Assembly (NCBI GenBank): GCA_934553285.1
Contig: CAKTFD010000001.1
Coordinates: 33,475 to 97,474 of the forward strand
Direction: 5' to 3'
Source: an uncultured Faecalibacterium sp.
Lineage (GTDB): Bacteria > Bacillota > Clostridia > Oscillospirales > Ruminococcaceae
Length of the DNA: 64,000 nucleotides
Shown here: piece after piece, positions 43,261 through 54,482 of the stretch
Position numbering within the stretch: the first letter of the stretch is position 1
Layout: the number at the start of each line of letters is the position of its first letter
Position numbers and translations under genes: made by a program
The notes under the pieces: generated by a model
Database searches by the model: none
The model's input: only the letters and a program-made list of their open reading frames with translations
What the model was told of the DNA's origin: nothing

Positions 43261-43739
43261 GTCGTAGTTTCCTCCACCGCTGTCGGGGCTGCGCCGAGCT
43301 GCTGCTGCAAAAAGGCCAGTACCGCCTGTTTTTGTGCGGCAGTGCACCCCGCCGGAAAGGCGGCAGCGGCCCGCGCCGCCACGCCCGCCTGCCCGGTCTT
43401 TTCCAACGTGACCGATACCTGCACCTCCAGCCCGAACTGCTGTCGGCACTGCGCAGTGCAGCGCTCTGCCAGCTGCGTTTCTGCCCGGCGCAGGATCTGC
43501 GTTTCCAGCGTGTCCGGCTGTGTGCAGGATGCGCTGGCCGGGGCTGCACCCCCGGAAAAAGCGGCCCGGATATTGCCCGGCAGCCGGGGCAGCTGCGAAA
43601 GAAGGACTGCTAAAATATATAGCCCGGCTACGGCTTTTATGCACCGGCCTGCCAAGGTCTGCCCGGCCAGCAGACTGACCAGCTCTGCCCCGATGCAGGC
43701 CATACAGAATACCGCTGCCGCCCGCTGGAATATCTGCAT
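43257..43739 (-). CDS. spoIIIAF: stage III sporulation protein AF
   Basis: 160 aa: MQIFQRAAAVFCMACIGAELVSLLAG... Operon position and size are right for SpoIIIAF. Confidence 0.8.
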   Translation of the reverse strand: MQIFQRAAAVFCMACIGAELVSLLAGQTLAGRCIKAVAGLYILAVLLSQLPRLPGNIRAAFSGGAAPASASCTQPDTLETQILRRAETQLAERCTAQCRQQFGLEVQVSVTLEKTGQAGVAARAAAAFPAGCTAAQKQAVLAFLQQQLGAAPTAVEETTT

Positions 43740-44753
43740 TCAACCACCTCCCGCCAGCATCAGCAGTGTGATGCCGACCACGAACAGCATAAAAAACAGC
43801 GCAGTAACTGCCGCCATGCAGCGCACTGCCTCGGCAAAGCATTGCAGCAGATCCTGGCAGCGCGCAAGCCCGCCCAGACCTGCCAGCCAGCCGCAGCAGG
43901 ACAGCAGCACCAGATGTACCAGCAGCCCGAGATACAGCGGCACAAATTCGGCCCCGATGCTGAGCAGCGCCGCAATGCCCAGGGTGCTTTTGAGCAGCTG
44001 CATCCCGGCCAGCACCGTATCCGCTGCGCTGTCCAGCGCCTGCCCTACGATGGGAACGCTGCCGGTCAGCAGCTGGCCCAGGCGGGATGTTGTGCGGTCC
44101 AGCCGGATGGTCACTACCCGCTGCAGGCTCATCAACGCGGCAAAAAATTTGCCTGTCCAGCCAAGCGCCTGCCGCAGCAGCCGCCCGGTGAGGGCGCAGC
44201 CCTCGGTCAGGCTTTTCCGGGAGCCGATGCCGCAGGCCATGCTGATGGCAAGGTAGCTGCGCAGCAGCGGCTGCAGCCAGAGGGTAACTGCCTGTGCGAT
44301 GAAACACAGGACCGTAAGCAGAAAGCCGCTGGCGGCAGCACCGGCGTTCCACTCGCCGCCCGCCGTCAGCACGCCGCTGTACACCGGCAGAAACCCCAGC
44401 AGATAGCTTTTCCACGCCGCCATCTGAGTACACAGGGCAGCCGCAAGTGCATCCAGATCCTGCCACAAAAGGACGCCGCACCCCCCGGCAGCAGCCAGCT
44501 CCAGCAATGCCCGGTCGGCGGTATCCTGCAAAAGAAATGCAAGCACGGCAGCCAGCAGTAAAAACAGCAGGATAGCGGCATATTGATGCAGCATTTCCTG
44601 CAGCAGCCGTACCGGGCGGGCGGTAAACAGCCCCAGCAGGGTGCCCAGCGGGTCGGCGGCAAACTGTTCCGGCCGGATGGGTGCTGCGTCCAGATAGGTC
44701 TGCCAGGGCATTGCCGCTGCGGCCCCATTACACAGCAAACTGTATCTCTTCAT
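43740..44753 (-). CDS. spoIIIAE: stage III sporulation protein AE
   Basis: The ATG at 44753 (MKRYSLL...) forms an ATGA overlap with the spoIIIAD stop. 337-aa polytopic membrane protein. The ORF-track 476-aa version runs through spoIIIAD and spoIIIAC in another frame. Confidence 0.75.
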   Translation of the reverse strand: MKRYSLLCNGAAAAMPWQTYLDAAPIRPEQFAADPLGTLLGLFTARPVRLLQEMLHQYAAILLFLLLAAVLAFLLQDTADRALLELAAAGGCGVLLWQDLDALAAALCTQMAAWKSYLLGFLPVYSGVLTAGGEWNAGAAASGFLLTVLCFIAQAVTLWLQPLLRSYLAISMACGIGSRKSLTEGCALTGRLLRQALGWTGKFFAALMSLQRVVTIRLDRTTSRLGQLLTGSVPIVGQALDSAADTVLAGMQLLKSTLGIAALLSIGAEFVPLYLGLLVHLVLLSCCGWLAGLGGLARCQDLLQCFAEAVRCMAAVTALFFMLFVVGITLLMLAGGG

Positions 44754-45133
44754 CCCGCCAACCCCCAGATCGTCCGGCATATCTGTTCCAGCAGCGGCCA
44801 GACCGCTGCCAGCACCAGGCAGCGCCCGGCCAGCGCGGCGCACCAGGCAAGTGCATCGGCCCCGGCTTCTTCGCAGAGGGTGCGGACATAATCTGCCAGC
44901 AGAAGGATCCCCGCGCTCCGCAAAAGGCAGGCAAAGGCCTGTCCATCCGTGCGCTGCCCCAGCTGCGCTGCAGCCTGCAATACCACGCGCAGCGGCTGCG
45001 CCAGCCGGAACAGCAGCCATATGGCAGCGCCCACAGAAAGCAGCAGGGCATATGCGGGCGCATAGCGCTGCAGCAAGGTGCAGGCAAACGCCAGCAGCAG
45101 CAGGGCCAGCAGGACCGGAACTGCCGTGCTCAT
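44750..45133 (-). CDS. spoIIIAD: stage III sporulation protein AD
   Basis: C-terminal 127 codons of the 397-aa ORF-track entry: MSTAVPVLLALLLLAFACTLLQRY... ATGA overlaps with spoIIIAC upstream and spoIIIAE downstream. Confidence 0.75.
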   Translation of the reverse strand: MSTAVPVLLALLLLAFACTLLQRYAPAYALLLSVGAAIWLLFRLAQPLRVVLQAAAQLGQRTDGQAFACLLRSAGILLLADYVRTLCEEAGADALAWCAALAGRCLVLAAVWPLLEQICRTIWGLAG

Positions 45134-45324
45134 AGCGCAAACAGGGATTTGATGGTGACGAACAGGACACTGATCTGCTTTACCAGAATAGAGAGCACCA
45201 CCACAAGCCCGGCCAGTGTGGTCATCATGGCCTGGTCTTCCCGCCCGGAGCGGATGAGCAGCTGGTTGAGCACCGCTACAATGATGCCGATGGCCGCGAT
45301 TTTGAACACAAGATCGATATCCAT
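45130..45324 (-). CDS. spoIIIAC: stage III sporulation protein AC
   Basis: The ATG at 45324 (MDIDLVFKIAAIGIIVAVLNQLL...) is preceded by AAAGGAGAACCGG. 64 aa with two transmembrane helices, similar to B. subtilis SpoIIIAC. Confidence 0.8.
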   Translation of the reverse strand: MDIDLVFKIAAIGIIVAVLNQLLIRSGREDQAMMTTLAGLVVVLSILVKQISVLFVTIKSLFAL

Positions 45325-45351
45325 CCGGTTCTCCTTTGTTCCCCACATGTT

Positions 45352-45813
45352 TTACAGAAAAAGCAGCGCCAGCATCATGCCGCCTGCCAGCCCCAGCCGG
45401 TGCGGCAGCCCCGCCTGCCGTTGCGCTGTGCGGCGCGCCTGCTGCAGATAGTCCTCGAACCGCGCTGTGTAGTAATCCAGCCGCTCGCATTCCTGCGCAG
45501 CCTCTGCACGGCCAAGGCCGCTGAAACACGCTGCAAAACAGGCGCGTTCCTCCCCCGATAATATCTCCGGCGCAGGCAGCTGCTGCAGCGTGCCGCCAGC
45601 GGCATCCGGCAGCAGCCCTTCGCGGCAGAGCTGCCTGTACAGACTTTGCAGGTCTGCCCTGCGGTACCGGATCTCCTGCCTGAGGCGCTGCAGCAGCGCG
45701 ATGGTATGCTGCAGCGCGGCAAGATGCAGGGTCGTCCGGGCCTGCACCGCATCGCCTGCCAGCCAGCCGCACAGCGGGAGCAGCAGCAGCCCTATCCCAC
45801 GCAGAAGGCTCAT
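45352..45813 (-). CDS. spoIIIAB: stage III sporulation protein AB
   Basis: 153 aa. Operon position is right for SpoIIIAB and the start overlaps the spoIIIAA stop. Confidence 0.75.
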   Translation of the reverse strand: MSLLRGIGLLLLPLCGWLAGDAVQARTTLHLAALQHTIALLQRLRQEIRYRRADLQSLYRQLCREGLLPDAAGGTLQQLPAPEILSGEERACFAACFSGLGRAEAAQECERLDYYTARFEDYLQQARRTAQRQAGLPHRLGLAGGMMLALLFL

Positions 45814-46700
45814 ACCGCGCAGAGCGTCCGGATGCAGCCGGGTGCCGCCCGCCCCGCAAGGACGACCAGATGCCGCACCATCCTGTGCTGCAGCAGATAC
45901 TGCACCTGCGGGCGGCAGCGCGCCGCCCCGGCATCCGGCGCATGGACGCTGGCGATCAGATCCACCCCGCCGAAAAAGCCCTGTTCCAGCGCCATCGTTT
46001 CGTCCAGCCCGCCCAGCTCGTCCAGCAGGATCACCTGCGGTGCCAGCGTACGCAGCGCCATCTGGATGGCAGAGGCTTTGCCCACCCCGCCGATACGCTC
46101 CAGCGGCGGCAGCGGGCTATCCGGCGGGAAAAGCTCTCCCCGCTCGTCCACCACTGCCACCAGCCGCTGCCGTTCTGCCAGGACCTGGGCGATGGTGCGC
46201 AGCAGGGTGGTCTTGCCGCTGCCCGGCTCGCCCACCACCAATAGCCCGGTAAAGTGCTGTTCCAGCAGCTCATCCAGCGCTGCCGGGAGCCGGATGGTGC
46301 AGCTGCGTGCGATACGCAGGTTGAGTGAGGTGACTTTTTGCAGCGCAACGGCCCGGCCCTCCCGCTGCACGAACTGCCCGGCCACGCCCACACGGTTGCC
46401 GGTGGCAGTGGTCAGGTAGCCTTCGGCCAGCTCCCTTTCGTGGGTGTGCACAGAGCCGTTGCAAAGGGTATGGAAGATCTCATCCAGCTGCAGTGCATCC
46501 AGCTGCAGGGTACGCAGCGCCAGAGGACAATCCGGCAGCGCCGCAGCCGGGCATTGCCGCCCCTGCACCGTAAACGCCACCGCGCAGCCTGTGCGCAGCC
46601 GCAGCTCCTGTACCTGCGCTGCTGTCTGCGCAGGCAGCTGTACCAGCGGTGCCGCCAGCCAGACCGGCAGTGCGCTGACTGCCCGGTAATACTCGTCCAC
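45810..46700 (-). CDS. spoIIIAA: stage III sporulation protein AA (secretion-type ATPase)
   Basis: Walker A (VVGEPGSGKTTLL). The GTG start at 46700 is preceded by AAAGGAGAAATCAAA. 296 aa. Confidence 0.85.
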   Translation of the reverse strand: MDEYYRAVSALPVWLAAPLVQLPAQTAAQVQELRLRTGCAVAFTVQGRQCPAAALPDCPLALRTLQLDALQLDEIFHTLCNGSVHTHERELAEGYLTTATGNRVGVAGQFVQREGRAVALQKVTSLNLRIARSCTIRLPAALDELLEQHFTGLLVVGEPGSGKTTLLRTIAQVLAERQRLVAVVDERGELFPPDSPLPPLERIGGVGKASAIQMALRTLAPQVILLDELGGLDETMALEQGFFGGVDLIASVHAPDAGAARCRPQVQYLLQHRMVRHLVVLAGRAAPGCIRTLCAV

Positions 46701-46735
46701 TTTGATTTCTCCTTTCCGGGGATCTTTGTGCTAGC

Positions 46736-46765
46736 ATTGTATGCATCCCGTGCGTTCTTAGAACC
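46736..46765 (-). promoter_or_regulatory. putative sigma-E-type sporulation promoter upstream of spoIIIAA (-10 CATACAAT)
   Basis: Minus strand has ...GTTCTAAgaacgcacgggatgCATACAATgctagc... 28 nt upstream of the GTG start. CATACAAT matches the sigma-E -10 consensus CATACA-T. The -35 match is weak. Confidence 0.45.
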
Positions 46766-46768
46766 AGC

Positions 46769-46804
46769 AAACAAAAAAGCTCCTGCAACAGCATTGCAGA
46801 AGCT
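46769..46804 (-). terminator. intrinsic terminator of ligA
   Basis: Minus strand: AGCTTCTGCAA-tgctg-TTGCAGGAGCT followed by TTTTTTGTTT, about 50 nt after the ligA stop. Confidence 0.55.
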
Positions 46805-46856
46805 CTTGAGATCAATAGATCGATCGATTATTACCGGAGCGCTCCGGGACTTTCTT

Positions 46857-49010
<2,154 letters not shown>

Positions 49011-49195
49011 TCATGGTTTGAAATCGATATCACGCAGCTCTTTTAGTTGATTTAAAATCACATTGTAAAGATACTACTCGTATATAGCATTTATTTATTT
49101 ACGTAATATCGCATGTTATTTCAACTTTCTTCTTATGGTTTTGCAGTAATTCAAAACGTCTGTTTTTCTTTTGCCCGGCAGTGCACAAAGCAGCA

Positions 49196-49244
49196 CCCCC
49201 TGCCCGGAACAGTGGCATGTGCTGTCCGGGCAGGGGGCTATTTT
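49196..49244 (+). terminator. strong GC hairpin (12-bp stem) with a T-run on the plus strand only, in the ligA / spoVID-like intergenic region
   Basis: CCCCCTGCCCGG-aacagtggcatgtgctgt-CCGGGCAGGGGG followed by CTATTTTA. No plus-strand gene lies upstream. Confidence 0.3.
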
Positions 49245-49267
49245 ACAAGAGATCTCTGTTATATGGC

Positions 49268-50785
49268 TCAGGCATCCGGTATCAGCAGCCGCTGCGCCTG
49301 CGGAAGCTGCGCAAGGTCTGCTTCCAGTTGATTTGCCGCCAGGATCTGTGCCGGTGCAACATGGAAGCGCCGCGCCACCGCAAATACCTGCTCCCCTGCC
49401 TGCGCATAGTAGATGCGCAGCGCGATCTCGGGGTCGGTATCGGGCAGCGGTTCTCCCAGGGCGATGCTGCCGATGACCGGGCTGGTAGTACAGCCCAGGA
49501 TCGCGCCCTCTGCCCGGACAGTGATGGTAGCTTCCAGTGTGCCGCCCGCACAGGTGCACTGCACGTTCTCGGTGCTCAGCCAGCATTCCGGCACAGGGGC
49601 AGTTTCCTCCGATGGTGTGATGGGCAGTGGGATCGCAACGTCCAGCGTTTTCTCGTAGCTTTCCAGCTCGCCCAGGGTATTCTCCGCCAGTGCGCTCACC
49701 ACCGCTTTGGCGGCAAGCACCCAGCCCTCCCCTTTCCGGACGACCTGCTGCGGGCCGTAGTGTACAAAACAGGCCCGCAGCTGTGCGCCTGCATCCGGCA
49801 GCGGGCCGGAGCCGGTGGCCGTAGCCGTATCGTTCAGGATACACAGCAGCTGCTCGGTGGCAAGCGGCTGCGGCACAAGCTCGATCTCGAACCGGGTGGA
49901 GAACGCATCCACCGCCACCTGCAGCTGATAGGCGCGCCATGCGCGCAGATGCAGCATGACATTAGCCGTAAGCTGGGCTGCTGTGTTTTCGGCCTGAGAC
50001 AGGGTAAAACCTACCGGCTCCAGCACACACAGGCACCGGCAGTCCTCTGTGATGCCTTCCAGATCCACCACCTGCTGGAACGGCAGCACCGCCGCCTGGC
50101 TTTGCAGCGCTGTTTCCCCCTCGGCACGCCAGGCGCACTGCACCCGCAGTTCTCCCTTGACGACCGCTTTGCCGGTAAGCAGCTTCACCTCCCGTACAGC
50201 GGCGTTGCCGGTGATCTCCAGCACGGCTGCCGGAGGCTTTGCGAACACCAGCTCCCCTTCCAGGGTCACCAGTTTATCCAGCACCGCCACACTGCGCACC
50301 CCCTGTACCGTGCGCAGCTGCTGCTCGATGCCGCCATCCGCCAGTGCGGTGATCACCTCGGTCTTGCACTGGGCATACACCGTGACCACCAGCCCAAATG
50401 CACCGCGCACCTCGATGCGGCGCGGGTCTGCCGCCCGGCTGTTGAGGTACTCAGTCTGCCCTTCTACAACAGCCGTCCAGGCCGTAAAGGCAAACTCCGG
50501 CAGCTCCAGCTGCCGGGTAAAGGGCAGCTTCTGTTCGGTCTGGCACAGACCTTTTTCCGTTTCGCCCTGGTAAAACACCGTGCAGCGGAGGTAACCTTCC
50601 AATGTAAGCCTGCCCGGCTGCAGCTGCCGCTGCAGCACCACCGGGCGGGCAAAGCATTTGACCAGTTTGCCCACCGGCGGCAGATCATCGGAGATGCGGA
50701 TCTCGGTCTCCAGCGGAAGTTCTGCTTTTACGGTACAGCCTGCCCCGGCCTGCGGCAGCGTATCCCGGAAGATCTTCAGTTCCAT
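49268..50785 (-). CDS. SpoVID-like spore morphogenesis protein (N-terminal DUF3794/SPOCS-type repeats, C-terminal LysM domain)
   Basis: The ATG at 50785 (MELKIFRDTLPQ...) is preceded by AAAGGAG. The C-terminal sequence IYYAQAGEQVFAVARRFHVAPAQILAANQLEADLAQLPQAQRLLIP matches the LysM consensus. A sigma-E-like promoter lies upstream. Confidence 0.7.
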   Translation of the reverse strand: MELKIFRDTLPQAGAGCTVKAELPLETEIRISDDLPPVGKLVKCFARPVVLQRQLQPGRLTLEGYLRCTVFYQGETEKGLCQTEQKLPFTRQLELPEFAFTAWTAVVEGQTEYLNSRAADPRRIEVRGAFGLVVTVYAQCKTEVITALADGGIEQQLRTVQGVRSVAVLDKLVTLEGELVFAKPPAAVLEITGNAAVREVKLLTGKAVVKGELRVQCAWRAEGETALQSQAAVLPFQQVVDLEGITEDCRCLCVLEPVGFTLSQAENTAAQLTANVMLHLRAWRAYQLQVAVDAFSTRFEIELVPQPLATEQLLCILNDTATATGSGPLPDAGAQLRACFVHYGPQQVVRKGEGWVLAAKAVVSALAENTLGELESYEKTLDVAIPLPITPSEETAPVPECWLSTENVQCTCAGGTLEATITVRAEGAILGCTTSPVIGSIALGEPLPDTDPEIALRIYYAQAGEQVFAVARRFHVAPAQILAANQLEADLAQLPQAQRLLIPDA

Positions 50786-50821
50786 GTGCAGTATGCTCCT
50801 TTCCCTGTCCGTTTCCGTAAG

Positions 50822-50850
50822 AGTGTATGCACCGGCAGCACCCGGTATGC
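50822..50850 (-). promoter_or_regulatory. putative sigma-E-type promoter of the SpoVID-like gene (GCATACC-14bp-CATACACT)
   Basis: Minus strand: GCATACC, gggtgctgccggtg, CATACACT, 36 nt upstream of the ATG. The -10 is identical to the sigma-E consensus CATACA-T and the -35 matches kmATATT at 5 of 7 positions. Confidence 0.45.
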
Positions 50851-50858
50851 CGGGCAGT

Positions 50859-50900
50859 AAAAAGGCCGGTGTGCAGCTGCTGCCACACACCGGCCTTTTT
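50859..50900. terminator. bidirectional intrinsic terminator downstream of thiN
   Basis: aaaaaGGCCGGTGTG-cagctgctgcca-CACACCGGCCttttt. Confidence 0.6.
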
Positions 50901-51057
50901 ACCGATTCAGTTCTCTTTGCGGATCCCGAACAATCTGCGCAGAATACCGCACAGTGCCTTTGGGCTGCGAATGACCACTACCTGCATTTCCACCCCGCCT
51001 TTCGCTCATGTTTACTCCATTATAGCATCGGACGGGGAAAAATGTTCCGGAAATGGA

Positions 51058-51693
51058 TCAATCCGCCATGGTCTCCACCACCACAAGTGCACCCTGCCGG
51101 GTGCTGATGGTGATGCAGTCCGAACCTTCGGCATACTCATTGCTCACGCCCAGCGGATACCCTGCCGTAAGCACGGCATCTTCCAGCTCGTAGAACGCGC
51201 CTTTTTCCCACACGCCTTCGGCCCGGCCCTCCATGGGGAAAGCCGAAAAGTAGAAAAATGCCTCTTTGGGATAGCGGCGGCTCTCGCCCGGCAGCACAAA
51301 GGTGATGCGGGTGCGCTCATCCTGCAGGGCAGCACGGATGCCGCGCTGCTCCAGCCCAAGGCCGGTGCACAGGTTAGCAAGGGTGTGTTCCAGCCGTTTG
51401 CCCCCCAATGCGCCCAGCATAAGCACCTCGTCAAAACCTTTTTGCGCAGCAAGTTTTGCAGCATACTCGGTATCGGTATCGTCCTTGACATGGGGCAGGA
51501 CCACGATATCATCCCTGTCCTGCTGCGGGCAGGGAGCGGAATCAAAATCGCCTACGATGACATCCGGCTTGCAGCCAAGACGCACACAGTTCTGGTAACC
51601 TGCATCGCAGGCGATGATAAAATCATCGCTGCGCAGCAGGTGCTTAAGTTCCGGCTGCACCGGGCAGGCGGAAAGGATCACACAACGGGACAT
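51058..51693 (-). CDS. thiN: thiamine diphosphokinase
   Basis: 211 aa. TPK catalytic domain (DFIIACDAGYQNC...VGDFDS) and a C-terminal thiamine-binding domain. Confidence 0.85.
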   Translation of the reverse strand: MSRCVILSACPVQPELKHLLRSDDFIIACDAGYQNCVRLGCKPDVIVGDFDSAPCPQQDRDDIVVLPHVKDDTDTEYAAKLAAQKGFDEVLMLGALGGKRLEHTLANLCTGLGLEQRGIRAALQDERTRITFVLPGESRRYPKEAFFYFSAFPMEGRAEGVWEKGAFYELEDAVLTAGYPLGVSNEYAEGSDCITISTRQGALVVVETMAD

Positions 51694-51711
51694 CTTATCT
51701 TTCCTTCCGTT

Positions 51712-52590
51712 TTACACTTTCGGGCGCTGCCAGTCCTTGACATCCTTTACCTCATCGTACATGGCACAGTAGCTGTCGTAACGGGTCTGGGAGAGCTTGC
51801 CGTCCGCCAGGGCCGCCCGCACTGCGCAGCCTTTTTCGCTGCGGTGGGAGCAGCCGGTAAACTGGCACTGCCCCAGATAGGGGCCAAACTCCGGGAATGC
51901 ATGCTCCAGATTTTCCTTGGGGATAAAACCGGCACGGTTGGCTTCCAGGCTGGCAAAGCCCGGCGTATCGGCAATGCGTCCACCGTAGGCTTCAAAGATG
52001 GTCACCTCACGGGTGGTGTGGCGGCCGCGCCCCAGCTTCTGGCTGATGGCGCTGGTCTCACGGGCGGCATCCGGCAGCAGTGCGTTCAGCAGGGTGGATT
52101 TGCCCACGCCGGAGTTGCCGCAGAACGCGCACAGCCTGCCATCGATCCACTGCTTTACCTCCGCAAGCCCTGCGCCGGTCTCGTAGTCGATGCGGATAAA
52201 CGGCAGGGTGGACTTTGCATAGGCGTTTGCCAGAAAGTCTGCCTCGGCCAAATCGCCCTTGGTGCATACCACCACCGGCTGGACCCCTTTATCCACTGCG
52301 ATGGCAGAGAGCTTATCCAGCACCAGGGTGCTGGGGGTAGGCTGGGTGGTACTGGCCACCAGGAACAGCACATCCAGGTTTGCCACCGGCGGCCGCACAA
52401 ACACATTTTTGCGGGGTGCGATCTGCGCGATGACTGCAGCGCCGTTTTCCGTTTCCAGTGTGACCTCATCCCCTGCCACAGGGGTGATCTTCTGCTTGCG
52501 GAAGATGCCGCGGGGCTTGCACTCCACGATGCCATCCGGTGTTTTTACATAGTAAAATCCACCGATGCCTTTTACGATATAACCGTTCAT
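51712..52590 (-). CDS. rsgA: ribosome small subunit-dependent GTPase A
   Basis: The ATG at 52590 (MNGYIVKGIGGFYYV...) is preceded by GACGGAGGATGGA. It has an OB domain, a circularly permuted GTPase (GNSGVGKSTLLNAL) and a Zn finger (CQFTGCSH). Confidence 0.9.
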   Translation of the reverse strand: MNGYIVKGIGGFYYVKTPDGIVECKPRGIFRKQKITPVAGDEVTLETENGAAVIAQIAPRKNVFVRPPVANLDVLFLVASTTQPTPSTLVLDKLSAIAVDKGVQPVVVCTKGDLAEADFLANAYAKSTLPFIRIDYETGAGLAEVKQWIDGRLCAFCGNSGVGKSTLLNALLPDAARETSAISQKLGRGRHTTREVTIFEAYGGRIADTPGFASLEANRAGFIPKENLEHAFPEFGPYLGQCQFTGCSHRSEKGCAVRAALADGKLSQTRYDSYCAMYDEVKDVKDWQRPKV

Positions 52591-52601
52591 TCCATCCTCC
52601 G

Positions 52602-54482
52602 TCAGCCCAGCAGCGAGGCCCACCAGTCCAGGATGCCGCTGCCGGTGGAGCTGCTGGAAGCGCTGCTGGCGCTCTGCTCCCCGCCGCCGGCGCCTTCACT
52701 GCCGGTGCCGGGCGTGCCGCCTTCGGTGCCCGGCTGCTCCGGCTCCTGCACCGGTGCAGTACCGGCACTGACGACCACATTCACGCGGCTGTTCAGTTTT
52801 GCGGTGGAACCGGCGGCAGGATTCTGGCTGAGCACCGTGCCTGCAGGCTTGTCGCTGTATTCTTCCGACTGGCTGCCCAGACCCAGATGGTTCTGCACCA
52901 GCAGGGTGCGGGCATCATCCACGCTCATGCCCACAAGAGCGGGCACCTTGGTGGTGGTGGACACCTGCGGGCGGCTGACATAGACGATGACCGTGGAACC
53001 GGCGGCCACCTGGGTACCGGCGGCAGGGTCGGTGCGGATGACCGCGCCGGAAGCCACGGTGGTATCCACTGCCTGGGTGACCAGCACCGAAACGCCCAGC
53101 GCCTTGAGCTGCTGCTCTGCGTCGGACTGCACATAGTTGGTCAGATCCGGCACGGTGACGTACTGGGTGCCCAGGCTGACGGTCAGGGTCACGCTCTGCC
53201 CCTCGCGCACGGTGCGGCCGGACACCGGCGACTGCTTATAGATATACCCGGCTGCGTAGTTGCTGTTATATTCTTCCTCCCACTCGGGCGTGATCTGCCC
53301 GGAGGCGATCTGGTCTGTGGCCATTGCCTGGTCTTTGGTCATGCCGATATAATCGCCCAGGGTAATATCGGCCTTGCTGTTCATCAGGTTGGAGGAATCG
53401 TTCAGGATCATCCAGCACAGTGCCATGCTGGCCAAAGCAAAGGCAATGGTGATGCCAAGCAGCGTTGGCAGAAAGACCGAGCGCCGCTTTTTACGGGGTC
53501 TTGACTTGGTGCTGTTGTTTTTGCGGGGAGCAGGCTGCTCGTTCTGCCGGATAGCGCGGTTCTGGTTCATGGTACGTTTCACCACCTTTTCGGGCGCTTC
53601 TTCTGTAATATACTGATATTCAAACAATACGGAGGGGTTCTGCACATAGGTATCCAGTGCTTCCAGCATCGCCCGTGCCGAAGGATAGCGGTTCTGGGGC
53701 AGTTTTGCCATAGCTTTTTCCGTGATCTCCACCAGTGCGTAGGGCACCTCCGGTGCCAGCTCGTGCAGCGGGCGCGGTTCATCCGAGATCTGCTTGATAG
53801 CCACTTCCACCACATCGTCTGCATCAAACGGCAGATGGCCGGAGAGCATCTCGTACATCATAACGCCCACCGAGTAGATATCGCTGGTGCAGTCGGTCTC
53901 ATCGCCTTTGGCCTGTTCCGGGCTGATATAGTGCACACTGCCCATCGCCTTGCCTGCCAGCAGCGGATTATCCGCGCGGGAGATGCGGGCGATGCCAAAG
54001 TCCATCATGCGCAGCTGGCCGTTATCCAGCAGCATGATATTCTGGGGCTTGATATCCCGGTGCACAACACCGTTGGCATGGGCGTGTTCCAGCGCCTTGA
54101 GGATCTGGGAGATAAAGTGCACCGTTTCCCGGCTGGAGAGCTTGCCGCCGCGCTCGTTGAGGTACTCCCGCAGGGTCATGCCATCCACATATTCCATAAC
54201 GATATACTGCAGATGGTCGTTGACCGAAACATCGTACACCTTGACGATGTTCGGGTGGTTGAGCAGCGAGATCGCCTTGGATTCGTTTTTAAAGCGGCGC
54301 ACAAGGTCCGGGTCGTGCATATATTCCTGCCGCAGCACCTTGACAGCCACTACAGTACCGGCGGGTACGGGGCCGTTCTGCCCCCGCATGACCGCCTTAT
54401 ACACATTGGCCATGCCGCCGGAGCCGATCAGCTCCTGCACCTCATACAGGCCATCCAGTTTTTTGCCGATCAGGTTATCCAT
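52602..54482 (-). CDS. prkC: Ser/Thr protein kinase with PASTA repeats (PrkC/StkP-like)
   Basis: 626 aa. A Hanks kinase domain (GSGGMANVYKA...HRDIKPQNIML...DFG), a transmembrane segment, extracellular PASTA repeats, and a Gly/Ser-rich C-terminus. Confidence 0.95.
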   Translation of the reverse strand: MDNLIGKKLDGLYEVQELIGSGGMANVYKAVMRGQNGPVPAGTVVAVKVLRQEYMHDPDLVRRFKNESKAISLLNHPNIVKVYDVSVNDHLQYIVMEYVDGMTLREYLNERGGKLSSRETVHFISQILKALEHAHANGVVHRDIKPQNIMLLDNGQLRMMDFGIARISRADNPLLAGKAMGSVHYISPEQAKGDETDCTSDIYSVGVMMYEMLSGHLPFDADDVVEVAIKQISDEPRPLHELAPEVPYALVEITEKAMAKLPQNRYPSARAMLEALDTYVQNPSVLFEYQYITEEAPEKVVKRTMNQNRAIRQNEQPAPRKNNSTKSRPRKKRRSVFLPTLLGITIAFALASMALCWMILNDSSNLMNSKADITLGDYIGMTKDQAMATDQIASGQITPEWEEEYNSNYAAGYIYKQSPVSGRTVREGQSVTLTVSLGTQYVTVPDLTNYVQSDAEQQLKALGVSVLVTQAVDTTVASGAVIRTDPAAGTQVAAGSTVIVYVSRPQVSTTTKVPALVGMSVDDARTLLVQNHLGLGSQSEEYSDKPAGTVLSQNPAAGSTAKLNSRVNVVVSAGTAPVQEPEQPGTEGGTPGTGSEGAGGGEQSASSASSSSTGSGILDWWASLLG

